25,790 nucleotides of DNA from a virus (taxonomy: Duplodnaviria; Caudoviricetes): positions 1-25,790 of IMG/VR virus record IMGVR_UViG_3300020151_000594; one strand, 5' to 3'. Made by a program: the position numbers and the translations under genes. Below the pieces are notes generated by a model. The model was given only the letters and a program-made list of their open reading frames with translations. It was not told where the DNA came from and ran no database searches. Positions 15,029 to 24,147 of the stretch are shown in pieces. Within the stretch, counting starts at the first letter, position 1. Each line of letters starts with the position of its first letter.

Positions 15029-18000
15029 TTATGCAGTCGCAATAATACGTAGATTCTTTATTTGTGGAACAAATGAAGAGTTTGTTCCGGTCATATGTAT
15101 CTTAACTTGGAATATAGTAAACTGTGGTAGTTGACTTGCAGTAAATTCATAAGATTTGAAGTCAGTAACACTATTTGAAGAAGTTACCAATGTATCTGGT
15201 TTGCCGTTATTATTGGCTGGAATAATTACATTTCCATTAATATCCAAATTATCATATCCGGGAAAAAGTTGCCATAATGTGTTTGAAACCGTGGCTCCAT
15301 CAGGTCTCACAGTTCTATAAAGAACTCTAATATCAGAACTTGCGTGTCTATATGCATCAAATAGTACTTTTAAATTATCTGATGATTTTTCTAATTGTAC
15401 TACTTTAGTAATATAACTAGCGGCAACAGGATCTCCACTTAATAAATTAACTCTGTAGTCCGTTGCATAATTTGAAATTGGAGAATTAATTCTATTTGCA
15501 ACGGTAATTACATTAACTCTATGCAAATCTATTAAAGGACTTACTTTGGAATTTTTAGTTTCCATATTCAGTTCCAGAGTAAATGATTTATTTCCTGGAT
15601 AATTTGACAATTGATTGATTTCATTCACATTAGAACAAATTATTCTAGGAGAACTCAAATAATTATCAGAATTCAAAGATATTTCTTCAAATCCTTGATC
15701 AATGAATGGAGTTATCGTACTATCTGGAGTTGATCCAGAAAAAGTCCTAATTGAACCAGTAATTGAAGTACCCTCGGGCAATAGTGTTTGTATATTTGGT
15801 CTAATAATATTGAATGGAATATTTTGAGTAGCTCTAGGACTAAAACCAACTATTTTAGATGTATCATAAGAACCACAGGACTTGCTTTGTGCAAAGTATA
15901 ATTCTGGTGTGGTGAGATTAGTTGATGTTCTATTGACGCCATTTGTACTCATATTAAGTTTAATGGTATATGCATCCAATTCTATTGGATATGTGTCCAA
16001 ATCTGTTCTTGAAAATTGATGAGTGGTATTGATCCTTCTAAGAGATACTCCATTTAATTCATATTTGTATATTGCATCACCAGAAGAATATGAACTTGCA
16101 AGAGTTCCATCAACTTTTCTAGTAATTCCTGATAAAACATAACCAGTTATGCTAGTATATCCAACAACTTCCGAACCAATAAGGGCATAACCAGGATTTG
16201 ATGCACTTATTGGTAGATTTTCAAAACTGGTAAATATTCCAACCGAAGATACTGTTATTCCAGAAGTGGAAGTAGAATTTAAATCTGCATCTAGTTTTGC
16301 TGGTTTTTGATCTGGTTGCATTCCAGAAAGAGTAACGCGATCATCACTATAATACATTCCGTGACTATAATGTTGTACTTTAAAATGCAATCCATCTTGC
16401 AGAAGATTTGTGGAAGTTACCGTAGAAACCCCCAAAGTTGCAGTACCCGCAGAACCAACATAATAAAGATAACCAGAGGAATTTACTATGGGATTTCCCT
16501 GTACATTGGTCAAAAGTAAAGAAGTAAACTTATCAATTACCCCAACATTATTTGGAATTGATAGAATTAAATCAGTTCCTAAATTGTCGGTGCTAGAAGA
16601 ATAATTTACATAAAGGGTATCTCCGTAAGTATACCCAGTTCCTCCAGCAGAAACTGTGGCGGCTATTGCAACACCACCAGAAACACTTAGATTTACTTTT
16701 GCACCAGATCCATTTCCACTGAGTGTTATTAAATCGACATTGGAATACGTTCTAAATCCAGAAGTAAATCCAGTTCCAGCAGAAGAAATTGATAAAGTAC
16801 TTCCAATACCAATAGATCCAGAAATACTTTCAACAGAACCTTTAAAGAATGGATTATTTAATTGTAATACTGTAGTTCCATTAGATAAATTAACAACTTC
16901 TGTTGATGTAAGACTTTTTGCAATTCCAACTAAAAGTTTCCTGGAATAAGCATCAATTGGATTTTGACTTAGGGTTGCAACCTGTTTGTTACTATCACTC
17001 AACTCTGGATTGTAAAATCTAACTGAACTTGATCCAGTAACAAAATCGGCTCTATAAAGTGTCAGTTTCAAGTCCTCAAGTTGACTGGGATCCCACGTAG
17101 CGCCATTCTGCGACTTAAATAACGAACCCAATAATGGTTGTTGTGAGACAATTATTTTTTGAGATTCAATTTTATTAATTGTAGTTACATCTTCTTCACC
17201 CATTCTTGAGATGAATACTCTATATTCGTCAGATGCAGAAAGAAGAACAACAGCATAAGCTTTACCCCCTTGCAAATAAACTGGGGAAGGAAATGTAAAT
17301 GTCGTGGCTTTAGACCCGTCTTCAGATGTTGATACTGCTGATGGGTTCAATACTACTTCACCAAAAGGCAAAATTTCTTGAGTTGGAAGTCCTGTTTGCA
17401 AGGTCCTAATTTGCATTGTGACTGGTATGCCCTTAAGATCTTTGGTTGAAAAGAATACATCACATTTAGTAATAAATACTCCATTTTCATCAGGAACTTC
17501 AAAAGATTCGGCTAACGGATCGACCCATCTAGTTTGTACAGTTGATCTATTAATAACAGATGTACTTGCAACAGTCTCAGTCTTGCTACTCGTAAGGGTT
17601 CTTTCATCAGTTTTAATAGACCTTTCTATTTGTGCATTTCTAATCCTGAGAGTAGTTTCTTCAACGTTATTTAAAGTACCCGATGAAGTAAATTTGGTTT
17701 CCGCAGTACTATCAGTTGATCCTGAAATAGTGATATTCTTATTACTGGTAGTTAATGTAAATGTCTTTTCCCCTACGGTAAATTTTGGAGTAGATGTCAG
17801 TTTTGGATCTGGGATGAATAATGATCCGATTAATGTTCCACTAACATCACTAATTAATCTTAATTTAGATACTGTTGCTATTGATCCACTAGTTGAACCT
17901 ACAAGTTTCATTCCAGGAACTACATATCCATAATAACCAGAAGCCGACTGCAATTCCAAACTAGCTGTATCAATATTCAATGTTGATGACGTACTTGAAT

Positions 18001-21000
18001 ATGCACTAGGCATACTTTCAGTGGGGTTATAGGGATTTTCTACAAAAACTTCTGTTGGATCATTATATGGACCGTATTTGTGATTACATTTAGACACTCT
18101 AAAACTAATTGAAACCGATCCCAATTTACCTACAACCTTTTCTCCAGTAATAAATGTTCCCGAATTCATATTAATTTCTAATAATTTCGGAACCATATAA
18201 TCATTTACATCCACATTATCAAAAAATGCATATAATTGAGTTTTTGGTTTCAATCGTTTAGCAACAAATTCGATATTTCTAGACCTCATTGTATGAATAG
18301 TATCTGTGGAAACTACTTTATTCCCAAGATTTACCGAATCATATTTTTCGGAAACTTTGTATTGAATTCCTTCTCTGGATTGTTTTGTAGTAGTTAATGT
18401 AGTTGCATTTGTAAAATTAGTGTATTGATCTTTGTAATTTATTGTTGTAGTTATTGGAATTCCTCTTCCTCTTTGAAAACCACCTCTAGATTCACTTCTA
18501 GAAGTCTCTGTAGCTCCAATATAAATGCTGCCCATATTTACTCTACCAGTTTCCTGAGTACCAGTCCAAGTCGTTTCCCAAGAACCCCAATCAATTGGAG
18601 AAAGTCCTGTATTAGAGTTTGCCCCGAATTGTTGCATAGATGCAGTATAACTACCTTCCTGATCCACAGTTTTTTTAGAAAGAGAAGTTTCTATCCAAGT
18701 ATCACTCGAAGGACTTAAATTAATCACACCAATCCAATTTACAACATTAAATGGGTTTACATTTTCAGTTCTTGTAGCAAATTTATTTTGCAAAAATACT
18801 TTATCAGTATATTTCAAACAAATTATATCTCCAACTTTAACAGTATTTGGACTACCCAATTGACTGACAAATCTATAGTCAGCATCAGGATTTGATGTGG
18901 AATTTATTCCACTAACAACTTCGGATCCTAACAAAAGGTCCAGCCCAGAAGTATAATGTTGTGGTCTTAATAATCCATTAGAAGTGTCAATACTACACTT
19001 AAAATCTTTATTCGATGATTCTCCACCGAGAATGGACTTAAAGTTATCAACAAAAAATCCAGACTTAAATTTATCTAAACCTGTTACGGAATCTCTTATA
19101 GTTAAATTTTTAGTATCAGTTTCTAATAAAGATAACGCAGTATATTTTTCAACATTTTTCAATCTATCTTCTAATTTAGATATATCTTGCATTCTATATC
19201 TTTTATGTGAAGAAAGCTGCACCGAAATATTTTCAGTGGAGTCAACATATGGTGGTAATAAAAATGTTCCTATCTCTAAAGAAGTTTCAATGTCTGCGGG
19301 AGATTTTGGTGTCAATGATGGAACTCCTTTATTGACAAAAAATTCTCCATTCTGATTTACATATAATTTATCAATTCTTCCGAGATAATATGAATATGAA
19401 AGTATAATTTGACTATCTTTAGCAATAATATGGGGAGTATTATTTGTTGTAGAATTATATTTCCTGCCATAATATTCAAATGGTGAATATGGATTAGTAG
19501 AAGAATTATATGGGAGTACTCTAGGTCTAAGATCAATAACTTCTGTTGCAAGTATAGAGTCAACTGTGGGAATATCATCACTAATTCTATCTTGATCAAA
19601 AGAGGTTACAGTTACAAAATCACCAGAATCATTTGCATCTATTGTGTAATTTTGATAAATTATTTTTAATTTTCTACTTGGAGCAGTTACTCCTTCTTTT
19701 CTTTTTATATACGAATAATCTGCAATTTCTGAGGAAGATCCGGAATAGAAAACATAATCACCCACAATATTTCTATCTCCATCCGTAAATGATGCTATTA
19801 TCCCAGAAACTTTAGATTCATTAAATGTTACTTTTTCTCCCGGAATAAAAGTATTCTCATTAAAATATACAAAATCTACAGTGTCGGTGGAATTATTAGA
19901 TACCAATAATCCAATAGAATTACTATCTGCACCGATTATTAGTTCACCATTAATTGAATTTAAAATATTAGTATTTAAATTACTTAATTGTAATTTTGGT
20001 AATTCTGGTTCATTCGTAGTAGATGATTCAAAAATAGAAAGAACCCTTAAAACATCAGGAACATTTAAACATATTTGATTGTCTTGAACTCTAGTCCCAT
20101 AAACAGTATTGTAAGTCAATCCATCATTTAAAGTTGTGCTGCCAATACCTGAAGATGAATTGGAAGATAGTTGAACAGTTAATGATGTTGCTCTTTGAAA
20201 AGTTTTTTTCCTTGTCTTTAAATTTTTCTTTCTAAGAGTAGTCGTCAACGTAGCATTAGTATCAGATGATTTACTAAGTGAAACTAAATTAATTGTTCTA
20301 GCACCACTTATAGAGACATTTTGAGATCTTAATGACTGAATAGTTCCATCAGAATATACAAGATTATATCCTTCTACAGTAAAAGGTTCTATGCTTAAAT
20401 TAGTATCCGTTTCCAATGTAACGGTTGCTGAATTTGAACTTATAGTGGGAATATTGTAAGATTTTCTGATAACCATTTCAGAATCGGTCAGATCAACGGA
20501 AGCAATATAATTTTTTTCATATTCTGAATACAAATACGAATCCTTATTATTAAGTATTTGTGGGACAACTTTTATCAATCCAGTTGCGGTTATCGTTGAA
20601 CTTGGTAAAGTACCATCGCAAACATTACTTACTGAAGGTACTGCAGCTAAAGTAATTGTTTTTCCACTAGTATTGACATTTGTTACTACATTATAAGTTG
20701 GCAAAGTTCCAGATTGTTTGGAATAAGCTATAATATCACCGGTAGAAATACCTACACCAAAATTACCATAAGAATTTGTCACTATTCCTGTAGAACCTAC
20801 AGTAAATATTGATCCTACAGGAGCCAAATTTACATAACTGTTAAAAATTACGTCACCAGTAAAATTGGTTTCCGGTCCAACTACTTGACAAATATCCTGG
20901 ACTGTATAATCTCTTAAGGAAGTAATAATTCTAGAATTTAGTACTCCATTTATTTTTATAGTCTCATTTTTAGAAAAAGTTCCGGAAACTTGATATAAAA

Positions 21001-22516
21001 CCAATTGATTACTATTTGAAACGTTCTGTGACAAATATCCATAGGCACTACTGTTCTGTCCTTCAATAAAGGCGGGAGCACTCAGAGTAATGGTGGAATT
21101 TAAATTTATATAAGTATAAGTTTGAATATCATATAGAGAAAGATCGAATACAGTTGATCCATTGACATAATTGGAATTTTCTAGTCGCAAATCATATGCT
21201 CTAGCTACACCTATTTCAAATCCAGAAGCAATTCCAGAACTTGAAGTTCTTCCGGAATATAGTTTGATAGTTGTTCCATACCCAATAGGCAAATCATTGT
21301 AAACATTATTAATTTGTATCTGGTTACCGAGAGAAAAAGATATATTGGTATCCTGTACAGTATCAGTAGTTCTTGGTTTTTCTAAATCTAAATTTATTGT
21401 ATTAAGAGTTTCTACCTCAAATCCACGAACATACGCCTTTCCTGGAGATACTTGTACAGATAATAGATCCTTAGATGGAGTATTACCTTGTTTTGTTAAT
21501 TGTTCCGAGTTATATACGCCATTATTACCAATACCGTCATTTAAAGACTCTTTTATTTCTACTTTAAATGGAACGACGTAATAATCTCCAGATTCATCGT
21601 GGGTTCTTCTTGCCAATTCTGCCCTAACAAGATTTGGAGTATCTTCGGATTTTGAAAATACCTGACGTACTCCATCTACTAAACGCATTAATTCAATAAA
21701 ATTCTCATCATTAAAATCAGTTAAAGATTTTTTAACTAGTGTTGCAGATATTTTTAATCTATCCGCTCCTGGTGCAGCAAAATTTGAAAATCCTCTAGCG
21801 TTATCATACAAATCTGGATTTGATTGTGATGCAACTGCAATAGTTTCGTCTATGGATAATCCAACCCTATAGGATGGTAAATTTGAATATTGATCCAGAA
21901 TTAATGTTTGACTAAAAACATCAACAAAAAATCCTCTAAAAAAATAAACTCCATCCTCAATTTTAGCAGCTGTTCCAGTTGATGTCGAACCGGAAATAAT
22001 TGTAGTTGCAAAAGTAGATTCAGATCTAATTGTTGACAATGAATATGAAATATCTTCAAGTGTGATTAAATTTTCACCGTCAATGAAGGTATTTGTTGCA
22101 AAATCATTCTCACTGGATGTTAAGTACTTTATGTACAGAGTATAATTATTTTTTTCAGATTCGATATTTGTTATATAATTTCCAACTTTAGCGGTTACTC
22201 CACTAATTTCTCCCTTAATGGTCTTTCCTACAAGATTTTCAATATAAAATGAAATTGATATTCCCAAATGACTTGGATCTATTTCGACACAAGTATATTC
22301 CGAATCATAGGCAATATTACCAGGAACAACAACTTCACCTTCTTTGAAGAAATGTTTACCAAATTTTTCAACTTGATTTTGTAAAATTGATTGTAATGTT
22401 GTGAGTTCTCTGGCTTGGATTGGTGTTCCTGGTTTAAATAATACTTTTTGATAATTTTTTGCTGTATCAAAATCATCAAAATATGGAGATGTATTTAGAT
22501 TGGTATTTTGTGCCAT
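15029..22516 (-). CDS. vrlC: 2495-aa VrlC-like (DUF4815) baseplate/virion structural protein
   Basis: Diagnostic motifs NLNTSPYFDDFD..KNY.KVLFKPG.PIQARELTTLQSILQNQ, APGADRLKI, LARRTHDESGDY, RYRMQDISKLEDR, FKSGFFVDNF, NVNPFNV and DPLAESF. Located directly after gp8, as in T4-like cyanophages. Confidence 0.92.
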   Translation of the reverse strand: MAQNTNLNTSPYFDDFDTAKNYQKVLFKPGTPIQARELTTLQSILQNQVEKFGKHFFKEGEVVVPGNIAYDSEYTCVEIDPSHLGISISFYIENLVGKTIKGEISGVTAKVGNYITNIESEKNNYTLYIKYLTSSENDFATNTFIDGENLITLEDISYSLSTIRSESTFATTIISGSTSTGTAAKIEDGVYFFRGFFVDVFSQTLILDQYSNLPSYRVGLSIDETIAVASQSNPDLYDNARGFSNFAAPGADRLKISATLVKKSLTDFNDENFIELMRLVDGVRQVFSKSEDTPNLVRAELARRTHDESGDYYVVPFKVEIKESLNDGIGNNGVYNSEQLTKQGNTPSKDLLSVQVSPGKAYVRGFEVETLNTINLDLEKPRTTDTVQDTNISFSLGNQIQINNVYNDLPIGYGTTIKLYSGRTSSSGIASGFEIGVARAYDLRLENSNYVNGSTVFDLSLYDIQTYTYINLNSTITLSAPAFIEGQNSSAYGYLSQNVSNSNQLVLYQVSGTFSKNETIKINGVLNSRIITSLRDYTVQDICQVVGPETNFTGDVIFNSYVNLAPVGSIFTVGSTGIVTNSYGNFGVGISTGDIIAYSKQSGTLPTYNVVTNVNTSGKTITLAAVPSVSNVCDGTLPSSTITATGLIKVVPQILNNKDSYLYSEYEKNYIASVDLTDSEMVIRKSYNIPTISSNSATVTLETDTNLSIEPFTVEGYNLVYSDGTIQSLRSQNVSISGARTINLVSLSKSSDTNATLTTTLRKKNLKTRKKTFQRATSLTVQLSSNSSSGIGSTTLNDGLTYNTVYGTRVQDNQICLNVPDVLRVLSIFESSTTNEPELPKLQLSNLNTNILNSINGELIIGADSNSIGLLVSNNSTDTVDFVYFNENTFIPGEKVTFNESKVSGIIASFTDGDRNIVGDYVFYSGSSSEIADYSYIKRKEGVTAPSRKLKIIYQNYTIDANDSGDFVTVTSFDQDRISDDIPTVDSILATEVIDLRPRVLPYNSSTNPYSPFEYYGRKYNSTTNNTPHIIAKDSQIILSYSYYLGRIDKLYVNQNGEFFVNKGVPSLTPKSPADIETSLEIGTFLLPPYVDSTENISVQLSSHKRYRMQDISKLEDRLKNVEKYTALSLLETDTKNLTIRDSVTGLDKFKSGFFVDNFKSILGGESSNKDFKCSIDTSNGLLRPQHYTSGLDLLLGSEVVSGINSTSNPDADYRFVSQLGSPNTVKVGDIICLKYTDKVFLQNKFATRTENVNPFNVVNWIGVINLSPSSDTWIETSLSKKTVDQEGSYTASMQQFGANSNTGLSPIDWGSWETTWTGTQETGRVNMGSIYIGATETSRSESRGGFQRGRGIPITTTINYKDQYTNFTNATTLTTTKQSREGIQYKVSEKYDSVNLGNKVVSTDTIHTMRSRNIEFVAKRLKPKTQLYAFFDNVDVNDYMVPKLLEINMNSGTFITGEKVVGKLGSVSISFRVSKCNHKYGPYNDPTEVFVENPYNPTESMPSAYSSTSSTLNIDTASLELQSASGYYGYVVPGMKLVGSTSGSIATVSKLRLISDVSGTLIGSLFIPDPKLTSTPKFTVGEKTFTLTTSNKNITISGSTDSTAETKFTSSGTLNNVEETTLRIRNAQIERSIKTDERTLTSSKTETVASTSVINRSTVQTRWVDPLAESFEVPDENGVFITKCDVFFSTKDLKGIPVTMQIRTLQTGLPTQEILPFGEVVLNPSAVSTSEDGSKATTFTFPSPVYLQGGKAYAVVLLSASDEYRVFISRMGEEDVTTINKIESQKIIVSQQPLLGSLFKSQNGATWDPSQLEDLKLTLYRADFVTGSSSVRFYNPELSDSNKQVATLSQNPIDAYSRKLLVGIAKSLTSTEVVNLSNGTTVLQLNNPFFKGSVESISGSIGIGSTLSISSAGTGFTSGFRTYSNVDLITLSGNGSGAKVNLSVSGGVAIAATVSAGGTGYTYGDTLYVNYSSSTDNLGTDLILSIPNNVGVIDKFTSLLLTNVQGNPIVNSSGYLYYVGSAGTATLGVSTVTSTNLLQDGLHFKVQHYSHGMYYSDDRVTLSGMQPDQKPAKLDADLNSTSTSGITVSSVGIFTSFENLPISASNPGYALIGSEVVGYTSITGYVLSGITRKVDGTLASSYSSGDAIYKYELNGVSLRRINTTHQFSRTDLDTYPIELDAYTIKLNMSTNGVNRTSTNLTTPELYFAQSKSCGSYDTSKIVGFSPRATQNIPFNIIRPNIQTLLPEGTSITGSIRTFSGSTPDSTITPFIDQGFEEISLNSDNYLSSPRIICSNVNEINQLSNYPGNKSFTLELNMETKNSKVSPLIDLHRVNVITVANRINSPISNYATDYRVNLLSGDPVAASYITKVVQLEKSSDNLKVLFDAYRHASSDIRVLYRTVRPDGATVSNTLWQLFPGYDNLDINGNVIIPANNNGKPDTLVTSSNSVTDFKSYEFTASQLPQFTIFQVKIHMTGTNSSFVPQIKNLRIIATA

Positions 22517-22522
22517 TTTGAT

Positions 22523-24118
22523 TTAGAACTCCAGGACAATTTTGATATCTTCTTTTTGACTCGCAGATCTGGGAATTGGAACTCTGTTGTCTATGTAAAT
22601 AATATCTCCAGATTTTTTATTATATTCAGCAGAAGAAATTCCAGCAGAAAAATTGAGACCTAATGAATAACTAGTATTATTTATTGTCGTAGAAATGCCA
22701 TTAAAATTCCCATTGATCTGCAATGCAGGTCCAACAATAGAACTACAATTAATAGTGACTCCATATCCAATATCTGGATTTGAAGTAAATGGAATTATTT
22801 TGAAACCAGTTGCACTTGAAGCTGACCCAACAGTTTGATAATATTTCAAAACCCCAGTAATTGGATCCCAAGATGCAACAAACCCAATTGCAGTAGATCC
22901 CAATCCAACATTTTGAGTAATTTTTGAGTCTATTGCATAAGTAGTATTGGTTGTAACACCGGCCAATTTTAAACCAGATAACCCACTTACGACGGAAACA
23001 TCTAATAATTGGTTATCACTATTAAATTCTGTTGGATTTCTAAGTATTCCAACTCTAGCAAAATCATTATTTAAGATAATATCTGGGTTTTGTCCATCAG
23101 TTGCATATCTAGAATACAATAAAACTCTATATGATCCAAGTTCCCTGTATATATCATATCCGTGGCCACCTTTTGGTGGAATTATAACTTGAAATTCAGT
23201 ATAAGAAGTATTACCTATTCCAGTATTATTCAACTTGCCTAATGGACCAGTAATTTCTGACCCAGGAGCTCCTGGATAAAATTCGATAGTACCAAATGTA
23301 TAATCCCTACCTCCATCAGTAACAAAAACTTCCGAAACTTTGCCAAATGAATCAATCGTTATTGTTGCTTTTCCGCCAGAACCATCTCCAAGAATAGGTA
23401 CATTTGAGAATGAAGTGGATAAAGGTTGGTAATTAGATCCCCTATCATTAATTAAAATAACTTCTATTTTTCCATCAATTGCATTATTTTTTGTCGATAT
23501 ACTCTCACCAACCAATCCCCAATCATTTGGTACTGGAACATATTCAATTGAATCAAATTTTACTATTTCCGATGGTTTAATTGTATACAAATACTTCCAT
23601 ACATATCCATCCCCACTTGCGCCAGCAGCTCTTGGCTCTAAATCAATAAAAGTTGGTTGATCATATGAAGGTCTTCCTTTAGGATTTTCTGGGTCCGTGC
23701 CATTGTTCAAACAAATATAAACCCTAAAATCTTCATTTATTACATAATAATTTGCTTCATACAAACTAGTTTGACCTGTTACTGGGGTTGGATTATAGAC
23801 ACTATAATCGTGTCTATACATTTCATAAGTATTTCCAGCAACCCAAGTAACTTTTCTGATCAATCTTCTAATATCATCAGAAGATATTTGTTGCATTGCA
23901 ATGATACTTTCTTTTATCTCAAATTCTTCTTTAAATCCATCTAAAGGAGCTGGGGTATTTGTCGCCCAAATTGGAGAACCACCTGCTTCCAAACTTAAAG
24001 CATTAGGTAATCCAATAAAAGTATAATAAGTATTTGAAGTATCAGCAACTCCGGTAACACTCTTGGCGAAGTTCTCTGCATTCAATATTCTAAATTGGTC
24101 AGATATGATAGCGGGCAT
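22523..24118 (-). CDS. gp8: Baseplate wedge subunit gp8
   Basis: Motifs MPAIISDQFRILNAENF, W..G.TYEMYRHDY, YYVINEDFRVYICLNNG, DGYVWKYLYTI, IIPPKGGHG.D...ELG and SGDIIYIDNR.PI.R...QKEDIKIVLEF are characteristic of T4-like cyanophage gp8. Confidence 0.93.
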   Translation of the reverse strand: MPAIISDQFRILNAENFAKSVTGVADTSNTYYTFIGLPNALSLEAGGSPIWATNTPAPLDGFKEEFEIKESIIAMQQISSDDIRRLIRKVTWVAGNTYEMYRHDYSVYNPTPVTGQTSLYEANYYVINEDFRVYICLNNGTDPENPKGRPSYDQPTFIDLEPRAAGASGDGYVWKYLYTIKPSEIVKFDSIEYVPVPNDWGLVGESISTKNNAIDGKIEVILINDRGSNYQPLSTSFSNVPILGDGSGGKATITIDSFGKVSEVFVTDGGRDYTFGTIEFYPGAPGSEITGPLGKLNNTGIGNTSYTEFQVIIPPKGGHGYDIYRELGSYRVLLYSRYATDGQNPDIILNNDFARVGILRNPTEFNSDNQLLDVSVVSGLSGLKLAGVTTNTTYAIDSKITQNVGLGSTAIGFVASWDPITGVLKYYQTVGSASSATGFKIIPFTSNPDIGYGVTINCSSIVGPALQINGNFNGISTTINNTSYSLGLNFSAGISSAEYNKKSGDIIYIDNRVPIPRSASQKEDIKIVLEF

Positions 24119-24140
24119 TTTTAATTGCTACTTTTTCTTT

Positions 24141-24147
24141 TATTTAG
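24141..24147 (-). promoter_or_regulatory. Possible variant late promoter (CTAAATA) upstream of gp8
   Basis: Minus strand ACTAAATA overlaps the gp7 TAA stop, about 23 nt upstream of the gp8 ATG. This is the same geometry as the other late promoters, but it deviates from the consensus. Confidence 0.5.

Noticed and set aside
15025-15042. Track start (MRLHKV...) for the small coiled-coil gene
   Set aside because: It is a non-ATG start overlapping the end of vrlC. The ATG at 15024 has a TAAGGT Shine-Dalgarno-like motif and fits better.
15029-22516. VrlC as a bacterial virulence factor
   Set aside because: The name comes from the Dichelobacter vrl locus. In this gp7-gp8 context it is a phage structural protein.
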